From: Alteromonadaceae bacterium | GTDB taxonomy: Bacteria > Pseudomonadota > Gammaproteobacteria > Enterobacterales > Alteromonadaceae | Length of the DNA stretch: 64,000 bases | Assembly (NCBI GenBank): GCA_964228145.1 | Contig: CAXQZJ010000071.1 | Location: 12,898 to 76,897, forward strand | Direction: 5' to 3' | Part shown: positions 41,867 through 51,133 of the stretch, piece after piece | Numbering within the stretch: position 1 is the stretch's first letter | How the letters are laid out: each line of letters starts with the position of its first letter | Made by a program: the position numbers and the translations under genes | The notes under the pieces: model-generated | What the model was told of the DNA's origin: nothing | Database searches by the model: none | What the model saw: the letters and a program-made list of their open reading frames with translations, nothing else

Positions 41867-42991
41867 ATGAGTGAAAAAGTCTTGTTAAGTGGTACCGGAC
41901 TCTGGAACCCACCACACACAATAACTAACCAAGAGTTAGTCGAGAGCTATAACGCCTGGGCGAGTCGCTATAACCAGCAACACGCTGATCAGATTGCTGC
42001 AGGAGAGGTGAAAGAAAAACCGCTATCCAGTGCTGAGTTCATTGAAAAAGCCTCAGGGATAAAATCCCGGTATGCCTACATCAAAGAGGGCATTTTGGAT
42101 GTCGATCGTATGCGTCCGAAGATACCGGCACGTGCAGATGATGAGCTGTCCGATCAAGCCGAGATTGCGGTATTGGCGGCCAAAAAAGCCATGGCTGCAG
42201 CGAATAAGTCGGCTCGGGATATTGATGCTGTTATTGTGTCTTGCGCTATTACACAACGCAGTTTTCCCGCCGTAGCGATCGAGGTGCAAGAAGCACTAGG
42301 CATCAAAGGATTTGCCTTTGACATGCTGGTCGCATGCTCTGCTGCAACCTTTGGCCTGCACCGCGCCTATGAAATGGTGAAAGCCGGTACTGCCCGGGCC
42401 GTGTTAGTGATTAACCCAGAACTTACCTCGCCATTGGTAAACTATACGGATCGAGACAGTCACTTTATATTCGGCGACGTTTCGACGGCGTGCATTATTG
42501 AAGCTGAATCAGAATGTAATACCGACGATGCCTTTGAAATCCTCAGCACTAAAGCTGTGACTCAATTTTCAAATAATATTCGTGCAAATTTTGGGTATGT
42601 AAATACCGCCAACGATGAGGACCCAGGCGCCTCTGACAAACTGTTTTACCAACACGGCCGCAAAGTATTTAAAGAAGTATGTCCGATGGCCGCTGAGCAT
42701 ATTGTTGAGCATATAAGCAAGCATAACCTTACCCCAGCCGAGGTTAAACGCTGGTGGTTGCATCAGGCGAACATCAATATGAATGTGTTAATCACTAAGA
42801 AAATTCTTGGTCGCGACCCTGAACCCGGTGAAGCACCTATCGTATTAGATGCCTATGCTAATACCGCATCCGCAGGATCTCTCATTGCTTTCCACTTGTA
42901 TCGCGACGGGTTCGAGACCGGAGAACACGGCTTGCTCTGCTCGTTTGGCGCAGGCTATTCGATAGGCAGTCTGGTATTGCGCAAAATGTAA
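41867..42991 (+). CDS. Beta-ketoacyl-ACP synthase III, long PA3286-like type
   Basis: Cys-His-Asn triad in VACSAATF, HQAN, YANTAS; FIEKASGIKSRY; CSFGAGYS. Confidence 0.9.
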   Translation: MSEKVLLSGTGLWNPPHTITNQELVESYNAWASRYNQQHADQIAAGEVKEKPLSSAEFIEKASGIKSRYAYIKEGILDVDRMRPKIPARADDELSDQAEIAVLAAKKAMAAANKSARDIDAVIVSCAITQRSFPAVAIEVQEALGIKGFAFDMLVACSAATFGLHRAYEMVKAGTARAVLVINPELTSPLVNYTDRDSHFIFGDVSTACIIEAESECNTDDAFEILSTKAVTQFSNNIRANFGYVNTANDEDPGASDKLFYQHGRKVFKEVCPMAAEHIVEHISKHNLTPAEVKRWWLHQANINMNVLITKKILGRDPEPGEAPIVLDAYANTASAGSLIAFHLYRDGFETGEHGLLCSFGAGYSIGSLVLRKM

Positions 42992-42995
42992 AATC

Positions 42996-43022
42996 AGCCC
43001 GGCATATACCGGGCTTTTTTTT
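42996..43022 (+). terminator. Intrinsic terminator after the KAS III gene
   Basis: AGCCCGG-CATATA-CCGGGCT followed by a T-tract. Confidence 0.82.
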
Positions 43023-43071
43023 GGCTATACTTTGGTTTGAAATGGATTGTCTTTAGTTGCGGCTGTACACG

Positions 43072-43779
43072 ATGAAATGGTTACTTTGCTTAGTGCTGTG
43101 GTCCCAGATTTCTCACTCATCGACGGTGACATTAACGTTTTCTTATCCCTATCAGGCACCCAATCACAATCAGTCCGTAATGGTATTGCGCTATGCCTAT
43201 GAACAACTCGAGATAGATTTTGAACTCACGGGCTTACCAGTAGCAAGAGCGCTGCAAATGGCTAATCAGGGAGAGACGGATGGTGAGTTGTCACGCATCA
43301 CCGGGTTAACCGACATGTATCCCAATCTTATTCAGATTCCTGTTGCAATTAATCAGGTTAATATCAACCTGTATCGGCAATCGTCGGACTCTCAGCTCAC
43401 GGTGCAACAGTGGTTAACTGCACGAAGTAAGCGGTTGGGATGTTTAAAAGGGATTGTGGCCATTGCGCAGTATGCCACTAAGCATGGGTTACGCTGTCAT
43501 GACATCGAAGAGCCACTGAACGGCTTAAATATGATTTTAGCTGGCAATATCGACGGGTTCATCAGTCCGCAAATCCTTACAAAGTCGTCTTTAGATGCTC
43601 AGACAGACACTGTGTTTAGCGCTGATACCCTGACACAATTACCTATGTACCATTACCTGCACAAAAAACATCAGGATTTAGCAATCAGGCTCACAGAGGT
43701 GCTGACTAAGATGCAACAATCGGGAAGCATTGAACAATTAATGCGTGAAACACAAGCGTCAGCGGATAACGTCCAATAG
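43072..43779 (+). CDS. Orphan periplasmic solute-binding protein (family 3-like)
   Basis: Signal peptide; LPVARALQMANQGETDGELSR, YPNLIQIP, YHYLHKKH patterns. Confidence 0.75.
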   Translation: MKWLLCLVLWSQISHSSTVTLTFSYPYQAPNHNQSVMVLRYAYEQLEIDFELTGLPVARALQMANQGETDGELSRITGLTDMYPNLIQIPVAINQVNINLYRQSSDSQLTVQQWLTARSKRLGCLKGIVAIAQYATKHGLRCHDIEEPLNGLNMILAGNIDGFISPQILTKSSLDAQTDTVFSADTLTQLPMYHYLHKKHQDLAIRLTEVLTKMQQSGSIEQLMRETQASADNVQ

Positions 43780-44745
43780 GTATTTCTCCAACGCAGCTTC
43801 ATCGGCAGACGCCAGCCGGTTTAATAAGCGTGGATTGTGGTTAGTTTTATTTTCAATAAAGTCAATCAAACTTGGGTGCAGATAATAGTCCCGACAGACC
43901 TTTGGCGTATTGCCTAACTCTTTACTGACCAAGGTTAACACACAGTTTAGTGGCTTCTTGCGCACTGAAGACTGACAGGTTTTTATCGCTATCGGCAGGT
44001 TTGCCAGTGCCAACCGACATGCATGGAGCATTCTGAAATCTTTGCCACTGAAGTCCCCGCGCATGTGCTGGTCGATGAAGGTATTTACATCTTCGCTGTC
44101 GATAGTTTGCCAACTCCCTTGCTGCTGGTAACGAAATAGCTCGTAGCCAGGCTGAGAGGCATAGTTCGTCACCTGTCGGGCCAGCTCTGCATCATCGATA
44201 TCCAGATGGCGGTTTTTGCCGCTTTTGCCGGTAAAGTCAAACTGGACGCCGTGCTCATTTACCGTTAAGTGTTTGCGCCTTAATGTTGTTAGCCCATAGG
44301 TTTGATTTTGCTCGCTATATTTACGATTTCCAATGCGTATTCCGGTTTCATCTAAGAGCAAGCAGGCCAATGCCAGCACACGTGACTTGTTCCACTCAGG
44401 CTGATTTAACAGCCGCTGGCAATGATCGCGAAATCCACCGAGTTGCTCGACAAACGTGCTAAGACGAGCAAACTTTTTTTGTTGTTGCTGTTGCTGCCAA
44501 ATTGGGTGGTAAATGTATTGATGCCTGGCGCGGCCGTCTTTTCCTTTGGCTTGAATATGGCTGCGCGCAACGTGGGAAATGCGCACCGCTGACCACATAG
44601 GCGGGATTGCAAGTTGTCGGATGCGCTGCAAATGTGAAGGGGTAGAAATTTTTTCTCCCTTCTCATCCAGATATTGAAAGCCGCGACCATACTTTCTACG
44701 TTGGATAGTCAGGTAGTCTGGCTGAGTTTTTACCAAAGTTGGCAT
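43759..44745 (-). CDS. DNA topoisomerase IB (poxvirus-like bacterial type)
   Basis: IPPMW, QYIYHP, RIGN (Arg), GKSG (Lys), KDFR (Arg), LGNTPKVCRDYY (Asn and catalytic Tyr). Confidence 0.93.
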   Translation of the reverse strand: MPTLVKTQPDYLTIQRRKYGRGFQYLDEKGEKISTPSHLQRIRQLAIPPMWSAVRISHVARSHIQAKGKDGRARHQYIYHPIWQQQQQQKKFARLSTFVEQLGGFRDHCQRLLNQPEWNKSRVLALACLLLDETGIRIGNRKYSEQNQTYGLTTLRRKHLTVNEHGVQFDFTGKSGKNRHLDIDDAELARQVTNYASQPGYELFRYQQQGSWQTIDSEDVNTFIDQHMRGDFSGKDFRMLHACRLALANLPIAIKTCQSSVRKKPLNCVLTLVSKELGNTPKVCRDYYLHPSLIDFIENKTNHNPRLLNRLASADEAALEKYLLDVIR

Positions 44746-44824
44746 AGCGTTCCTTGTCGTTGTCTCACATTACTATAGACAAGATAACGGCCAACGGATC
44801 AATAGGGTGGTTGTCCACCCTATG

Positions 44825-46231
44825 TTAACTGACAGAGTCCCTTTTCCACGGTCGCAGCAGCCATAAGGCAATGATGAGAATAGGTATATTGAGTTGTAAG
44901 GCAGCCAATGTAGTGCTGTACTCCTGATGAACGATGACGTAGCAGAACAACAACAACAGGAGAGACGCACCTGTCAGTCTCCGCCATATCACCTTATTTA
45001 ACTTGGTTATAAGGATACTGGCCATCAGACTGGCAACAATTATCAACCAGAACAACCATGCCGGTGCCTGCTGGGTAAATAATGCAACCATTGCAGTGAG
45101 CGCTAGCGCAATGGGGGTGGCCCACACTAACCCATGCCATACACGATATAGCTTAGAGTGTGTGTCGCCGCGTTTGGAGAACCAGATATTCATACCCGAA
45201 GTACATAACAGGGTCAGCATCATGCCTAAAACTAAATAGAGTCCTTTACCCGCCCATCCGGCAAACTCACCAAAATGTAAGCGGTAAAGTGAATAGACAA
45301 GTTGCTTGCCCCAGAGACCATCCTGATACCCAGCTGTACCGAGAAAATTCCCCTCTGCATCAAAACGATAATTTTCTGAGTAGATCAACCTGTCCGGTAG
45401 ATAAGTATAGATCTCGATAAACTGCGCTGGTGTATTGGGTTCATGCACGGTAAGAAAAACAGGTTTTCCATCAGGTGCCATTTCTAATGACTGCGCATAG
45501 GCTATACCGACATTGACTGGCATTACCTCTGCCTCCAATACCGGCTCAGGGGTAAACACTTTGTCGATGACGGCCTGTCGATCACCGTCATAAAACAATT
45601 GCGAGACTAAAACCAGCAACAGGCCGGCCAAACCAAAGTAAGCGCCTGTGACGCCGATAATTAGATGGAAAGGGGCGGCCCAAACGCCAAAACGATTGTG
45701 TAAATCGATGTTAGCTTGTTGGCCATTGCCTCCGTGACGGAGTTTAAAAGCATCTTTGGCGATGCGTTTATGGGCTAATATGCCACTGAATACCAGCGCG
45801 CAAATAATAGCACCAAGGGCACTGACCAGTATCATTCCCCAACTGCTTGGTAGATGCAGATAAAGGTGTAAATCCACCAACAGCGATGTCCAGGGACTTG
45901 CTTCAGTGGTGAGCAAGTCGCCGTTTGGCGTGGCGAAGTAAGCTACATCGTCATTTTCGACCACAAAACGCGGGATGCCTGAGGTTGGAAATACGATATG
46001 GTAGTGGTCTGTGGGCTCAGTGTGTTGCCGGGTAAATGTCTCATACGCTCTTTGTACCGCGTCCACAGAGATACTGGACATCTCTTCAATGGCAGGTTGT
46101 TCCCAGCGCTCGAATTCTTTATGGACCACTGCCAGAGTGCCAGAGAAGCAAACCAAAAACAGCAGGAATCCAGTGAAAACACCCAGCCAACTGTGGGCTT
46201 TAAGTGATTTTTTACTTACCGATTTGTTCAT
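44825..46231 (-). CDS. PepSY-associated TM helix protein (FoxB/FpvG-like putative siderophore reductase)
   Basis: Four conserved TM His motifs: AHSWLG, LHLYLH, DLHNRFG, RLHFG; start MNKSVSK overlaps the upstream stop. Confidence 0.87.
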   Translation of the reverse strand: MNKSVSKKSLKAHSWLGVFTGFLLFLVCFSGTLAVVHKEFERWEQPAIEEMSSISVDAVQRAYETFTRQHTEPTDHYHIVFPTSGIPRFVVENDDVAYFATPNGDLLTTEASPWTSLLVDLHLYLHLPSSWGMILVSALGAIICALVFSGILAHKRIAKDAFKLRHGGNGQQANIDLHNRFGVWAAPFHLIIGVTGAYFGLAGLLLVLVSQLFYDGDRQAVIDKVFTPEPVLEAEVMPVNVGIAYAQSLEMAPDGKPVFLTVHEPNTPAQFIEIYTYLPDRLIYSENYRFDAEGNFLGTAGYQDGLWGKQLVYSLYRLHFGEFAGWAGKGLYLVLGMMLTLLCTSGMNIWFSKRGDTHSKLYRVWHGLVWATPIALALTAMVALFTQQAPAWLFWLIIVASLMASILITKLNKVIWRRLTGASLLLLLFCYVIVHQEYSTTLAALQLNIPILIIALWLLRPWKRDSVS

Positions 46232-46770
46232 TAAATGATTCCTCTTAGCCACAGGCTCATTAACGCCAGTAGTGCAACAAATGCCTGTAGAATTAATGTC
46301 TGCCAGTAAGTCTTGGAGGTGAGATAGAAATAACTCATTGCAGCCCATACCAACGGCAATAACACAATGCCAAGTGCCAGTTGGTTGGTTTCCTCAATAG
46401 GCAGCCAAAAACACAGGCAAACTGTGACTATGGTAGCCAGTAGCATGTGGACTAACATAACCACCAGCCAATGGCCGGTATGAGTTATTGCTTGTCCCCA
46501 TTTAAGCGGGGGCAGGGTGCGTCGAGGAATTGTTTCAACATTGCCAACGGATTTTTGCTCACGTGCAATTAGCGGCCATACCAATATTGGTATGACTGAA
46601 ACTGAGAACACAAGGCCTAACTCCCAGCCCAGCCAAAATGACCAGCAAACATTACTCGCAATCAAGACAACGCAAGCCAAAATGAAAAGTCGGCTGCTCT
46701 GGGATTGCCAACTCATATAAAAAATCCCCACGCATACTAGCGTGAGGAGAAAACTGATCAGCATTAACAT
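46231..46770 (-). CDS. Hypothetical multi-pass membrane protein in iron uptake operon
   Basis: About six hydrophobic segments in two blocks with a polar linker; 8 bp after the receptor stop and coupled to the PepSY gene. Confidence 0.75.
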   Translation of the reverse strand: MLMLISFLLTLVCVGIFYMSWQSQSSRLFILACVVLIASNVCWSFWLGWELGLVFSVSVIPILVWPLIAREQKSVGNVETIPRRTLPPLKWGQAITHTGHWLVVMLVHMLLATIVTVCLCFWLPIEETNQLALGIVLLPLVWAAMSYFYLTSKTYWQTLILQAFVALLALMSLWLRGII

Positions 46771-46778
46771 AGCTGTCC

Positions 46779-48926
46779 TTAAAAGCGATAATTAACCGTG
46801 GCGTTAACTGACCGTCGCAGGCCTGGGAAACAGTCTCCCCGGGTTAAACAAGCGGTCAGATATTGCTTATCAGTCAGGTTTCGAACATTCAGCGCGAGGT
46901 CCCATTGCGTGTTGATACGATAAGACACCATGAAATCAATCAGGGTATATGAGGGCGTGGTGTAGCGCAGTAGTTCTGATTCGCTCAGGTATTGCTCGGA
47001 AATACTTTCACCGACATAACGAACGCCCCCTCCAACTTCTAATTGTTCGAGGTCGGACGGCGCCCAAACCAGCCAAATTGACGCATTGCTATCAGGCTCA
47101 GCAGGTAACGCCAGCCCATCTGGGTCCTCACCATCAAGGGTTGCTGCGGCAAATTGAGCCCGGAACTCGCCAAAGTCGATGTTGCCCTCAACCTCGAAAC
47201 CGGAGATCTTTGCCACGCCTAATTGTTGGCCAGCACTTGCAGGTATGGTGTTTGGGTTATCAAGGTTGCTGATTTCAATATCAAAATAGGCGGCGGTGAC
47301 ATAGCCGGGGAAGGCGTTAAATTCGTATTTAACTCCGGCTTCATATTGTCGGCCTTCGCGGGGTTTAAGCTGATTATTGTTATCGTCTAAGCCCAGTACA
47401 GTTTGAAAAGACTCTGCATAACTAATGTAAGGCGATAAGCCGTTGTCGAAGGTATATAGCAGCCCTGCGGAGTAGGATGTCTGGCTGTCGTCTGTAGCGG
47501 TTGTACCGTCGTTATTATTGACTTTATCATGGCGCAGTCCAAGCGTAATGTGCCAGTTGTCTACCCGAATGTGATCGGACAAATAAAAGCCCATTTCATC
47601 GACTTTCTGTTCGGGGGCATCATTGTATATTGCATCGAAAATGGCTTGCTCAGGTGCGCCTGTATACACTGGATTGGCTAAATCCAACGCGTATGAGAAG
47701 TCTCCGCTAAGTGCTCCACCGCCGTAATAGTAAGCCGTGTTGCTGTCAGTTGTGACATCCTGATATTGAATCCCGACCAACACTTCATGTTCGGTGTCAG
47801 CAAGGTTAAAAGTTTGGCTATAGCGAACGTCAAAAGCATACTGCTCGGAGGTATTGTCAGCCTGATAAAAAGATCGGGGAACAGTGGTTTCACTGGCCAC
47901 GGGTAAACCAACAATGCTATTTAGATAGCGGCTGTTTCCAGCGCCATAAAACACTGGCCAGGCTTGAGCATAATCTGCTTCACCGTCACGCCATAACGCA
48001 GTGAACGCCAGCGTACCAGCGTCGTCGAATGCATGTTCACCGAGTAAGGTGATTTGGGTTGACTGGGTGTCAAAATGGTTAAAGTCGGGTTCCCCAGCAT
48101 AAACGTCTTGACCAATAAAACCCCCGCTGGGTAAAGGGGTCAATGTACCTTCAATCGGAATGAACTGTGCAGCGACGTCACTGCTTGAGTCTTGAAATAA
48201 TCCAATCAGCGTCAGGGTGGTGTTGTCGGAGGGCAAAAAGCTGATCGATGGCATCAGTAACTTGGTGTCATCGTAAACATAGTCAACCTGACTGTCCGAA
48301 TCCCGGTATAAAGCGACCACACGCCCTTGTAAAGAGGCATCATCATTCAGCGCTCCTGTGAAATCAACACCCAATTGTTTGCGGCCATAGTTGCCTAATT
48401 GCAAATTAACTTCACCACTTTGTTGCGGGCGTGGTGTCTTGGAAACAAAGTTGACCAGGCCGCCTGGCGATCCCTGACCGTACAGCACCGACGCTGGGCC
48501 TTTCAGCAGCTCGACCTGCTCCATGGTGTAGATCTCTGCGCGCGTTGTATTGTAACTGCCAAACAGTTCCTGTATCGAGTCACGATATCGTGGGATTTCA
48601 AGTCCCCGAGAATGAATCCAGTCTCCTCGGGTAGAAAAACCATAGGTTTCCGCACTTACTCCCGCCATATAACTGGTGGTTTGAGAAAGGTTCAGCGCGC
48701 CTTTCTCGATAAAGTCATCACTGGTCTCAATTGACAATGATCGTGCCAGCTCAACAATAGGCGTATTAGACTTGGTCGCACCAAATACGCTGCGTTTCGA
48801 AACCACTTCAATGACTTCTATATCATCGGTTTCTTTTGTGTTTTTTTCGGCTTGCTGCGCTTGCAGAACAGAGCTTGAAATTGCTGAGGCGATAGCGAGT
48901 GATAGTGCAAGAGGGGATGGTTTCAT
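46779..48926 (-). CDS. TonB-dependent siderophore receptor
   Basis: Signal peptide, plug GATKSNTP / EQVELLKGPASVLYG, NVRNLTDK, C-terminal Phe. Confidence 0.94.
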   Translation of the reverse strand: MKPSPLALSLAIASAISSSVLQAQQAEKNTKETDDIEVIEVVSKRSVFGATKSNTPIVELARSLSIETSDDFIEKGALNLSQTTSYMAGVSAETYGFSTRGDWIHSRGLEIPRYRDSIQELFGSYNTTRAEIYTMEQVELLKGPASVLYGQGSPGGLVNFVSKTPRPQQSGEVNLQLGNYGRKQLGVDFTGALNDDASLQGRVVALYRDSDSQVDYVYDDTKLLMPSISFLPSDNTTLTLIGLFQDSSSDVAAQFIPIEGTLTPLPSGGFIGQDVYAGEPDFNHFDTQSTQITLLGEHAFDDAGTLAFTALWRDGEADYAQAWPVFYGAGNSRYLNSIVGLPVASETTVPRSFYQADNTSEQYAFDVRYSQTFNLADTEHEVLVGIQYQDVTTDSNTAYYYGGGALSGDFSYALDLANPVYTGAPEQAIFDAIYNDAPEQKVDEMGFYLSDHIRVDNWHITLGLRHDKVNNNDGTTATDDSQTSYSAGLLYTFDNGLSPYISYAESFQTVLGLDDNNNQLKPREGRQYEAGVKYEFNAFPGYVTAAYFDIEISNLDNPNTIPASAGQQLGVAKISGFEVEGNIDFGEFRAQFAAATLDGEDPDGLALPAEPDSNASIWLVWAPSDLEQLEVGGGVRYVGESISEQYLSESELLRYTTPSYTLIDFMVSYRINTQWDLALNVRNLTDKQYLTACLTRGDCFPGLRRSVNATVNYRF

Positions 48927-48940
48927 ATTTAACAATAAAC

Positions 48941-48963
48941 TAAATGATAATGGTTGTTATTTA
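48941..48963. promoter_or_regulatory. Fur box
   Basis: TAAATGATAATGGTTGTTATTTA: left 7-mer TGATAAT matches the 7-1-7 consensus exactly, right arm 4/7, with AAAT/ATTT flanks; immediately upstream of the receptor. Confidence 0.8.
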
Positions 48964-49121
48964 GCTTATGATCTTATCCATGGGTAAGCAAGCCTGAATG
49001 AAATAAATTTGGTAAAATAAACACGTGCTTAGCAGGGTGTGGTGAGTCTGGTCAGATAAACTATACTGGAGTGCGAGCGACAATCTGGACAGGGATATCA
49101 TTGGAGATATGCGGTAGCATT

Positions 49122-51110
49122 ATGACTCGATTTGGATGTTTGCTGGCTTTACTGGTTAGTAGTCAGCTAAGTCACGCTATGGTTGTAAGGATTGCAGCCG
49201 TTGAACGCCAGCCTTATTCGGGTGAATCCTTGCCCCAGAATGGCATGGTCAATGAGTTGGTTGTGCATAGCTATCAAGCAACAGGTGTTGTGCCGCAAGT
49301 GACCTTTTACCCCTTGGCCCGGGCATTGAGGCTACTCGAAAATGGTAATGTTGATGTAGTGGTGCCGGTACTAGCCGATACCGATCCTCTCTTCAGTTAT
49401 TCTCCACCGATTCCGGGTGGTGAGACGGTAGTGCTCAAGCACCGTAACACGCATATCAATATCCAAACCTGGCGAACGATGCGACAAACCTCGGTGCAAC
49501 TGTCGTTGCTGAGGGGCAGTCCGATGACATTAGCAAACCAACAACATCTCACCAACCCCCCCATTTTAGTGTCAGAGGAGTTCCAACAGCTAGGGTTGTT
49601 GCAAAAGCAAAGAGTCGACGCCGTGATCATGGATAAATACACCGCAGCGGATTTAATGGTGACCCATATGCCATCGTTGATAGGTCAGTTGGATTATTTC
49701 ACTATGCCCGAGGTGGCTGGTGGATTACACCTGGCCTTTAACCCAAAATCGTCGAATTCAATGACAGCAAGGGACTTGTTTGATGAGGGTATGGCAGCAC
49801 TCAAAACGAATGGTAGGGTGCAGCAAATACTTAACAAGTACGGTTTTTACCCATCACGCTCAAACTCAGATGGTCGCACCGAGCTGGTTATTGGTGCGGT
49901 CGATATTAATATGGTCAATCGGCTTATGGCGCTGACCGAACACTATGAGCGTATTAATCCAGATGTGAAAGTTCAGTGGCGGGTGATGGACGAAACCACG
50001 TTACGTAAACGCTTACTCGGAGATATTGCCATCAATGATGGACAATTTGACCTGGTGATGGTCGGTGATTATGAAGTCATGGTATGGGGAGAAAAAGGTT
50101 GGTTAGTTCCCCTCAATGAAGAGATGACTGCCGACGTAAGCAAAGACCTCATACCGATAGCCGCGCGGCGATTGCATAGTCCGAATGGACTCTATGCTTT
50201 ACCACTGCAAAGTGAGACCTCGGTGACCGTGTACAGAAAAGATATTTTTCACGCGCTAGGGCTGACCATGCCCATGCACCCGAGCTATGAAGAAATTTTG
50301 GCGCTAGCCAATGAAATCAATGGAAAGTTGCCGGATGTTCACGGATTAGGTTTTCGGGCTAAGCCCGGTTGGGGGCAAAGTATGGCCTTTGTTACTGTTT
50401 TGGCGCAAGCGTATGGTGGTGAATGGTTTGATCATCGGTGGCGACCCCAACTGACGACTGAAGCGTGGCGAAAGGCTGTCAACTTATACGTCAAAGCGCT
50501 TCGCGAAGCCGGCCCCCAAGACCCCACCAAATACGGGTGGAAAGAAAATATTCAGCTCTTTGCAGAGGGAAAAATGGCCATTTTAGTCGACGCGTCGTCT
50601 GCAATTAACCGACTTTACGATCCGGCATTTTTTTCTGAGCCTCAACATATTGGTTTCGCGTTTCATCCGGGTACAGGGAATCAACCGGGCGTCAGGTGGT
50701 ATTGGGGATGGAATCTTGCCGTTATGCAAACCTCCCAGCATCATCAAGAAGCAAAACAACTGGCATTATGGCTTGGCTCAGTAGAAAGTAATCTTGCTTC
50801 TCAACAACAAGCTCGCTATCAGGCGGCGAGTCCGCGGCAACAGGATTATCAGCGCGATTTTGGCGTAGCCGATGGTTATGCAAAGTTTGTTGCCCAACAA
50901 TTGTTAGCTGATATGGACAACAGAAATACCATCAACCTCCCTGAGGTAGGATTGCAGTTTGTCCCCATCCCTGAGTTTCCCGCCATTGGCTATCAGGTAG
51001 CGAATTTACTTGCTGCTGCAGTAAGAGGGGAGATCTCAGTAGAGGAAGCTTTATATCGTGCGCAACGACAAACTGAAAAAATTATGCTTGAGGCCGGATA
51101 TTATGATTAA
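49122..51110 (+). CDS. Fused extracellular solute-binding protein: family 3-like domain plus SmoE/MtlE-like polyol/sugar-binding domain
   Basis: Signal peptide MTRFGC...SHA; N half PLARALRLLENGNVD, FDEGMAALKTNGRVQQILNKY; C half TLRKRLLGDIAINDGQFDLV, RAKPGWGQ, QFVPIPEFPAIG. Confidence 0.78.
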   Translation: MTRFGCLLALLVSSQLSHAMVVRIAAVERQPYSGESLPQNGMVNELVVHSYQATGVVPQVTFYPLARALRLLENGNVDVVVPVLADTDPLFSYSPPIPGGETVVLKHRNTHINIQTWRTMRQTSVQLSLLRGSPMTLANQQHLTNPPILVSEEFQQLGLLQKQRVDAVIMDKYTAADLMVTHMPSLIGQLDYFTMPEVAGGLHLAFNPKSSNSMTARDLFDEGMAALKTNGRVQQILNKYGFYPSRSNSDGRTELVIGAVDINMVNRLMALTEHYERINPDVKVQWRVMDETTLRKRLLGDIAINDGQFDLVMVGDYEVMVWGEKGWLVPLNEEMTADVSKDLIPIAARRLHSPNGLYALPLQSETSVTVYRKDIFHALGLTMPMHPSYEEILALANEINGKLPDVHGLGFRAKPGWGQSMAFVTVLAQAYGGEWFDHRWRPQLTTEAWRKAVNLYVKALREAGPQDPTKYGWKENIQLFAEGKMAILVDASSAINRLYDPAFFSEPQHIGFAFHPGTGNQPGVRWYWGWNLAVMQTSQHHQEAKQLALWLGSVESNLASQQQARYQAASPRQQDYQRDFGVADGYAKFVAQQLLADMDNRNTINLPEVGLQFVPIPEFPAIGYQVANLLAAAVRGEISVEEALYRAQRQTEKIMLEAGYYD

Positions 51111-51128
51111 GGCCCCTGAGAGGGGCCT
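51110..51128. terminator. Hairpin between the convergent fusion gene and hisIE
   Basis: AGGCCCCT-GAG-AGGGGCCT; no clear U-tract. Confidence 0.55.
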
Positions 51129-51133
51129 ATCGA

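Noticed and set aside
43759-44745. Tyrosine recombinase or integrase of a mobile element
   Set aside because: The motifs (IPPMW, QYIYHP, KDFR, LGNTPxVCRxxY) are those of topoisomerase IB, and no att-like repeats were seen.
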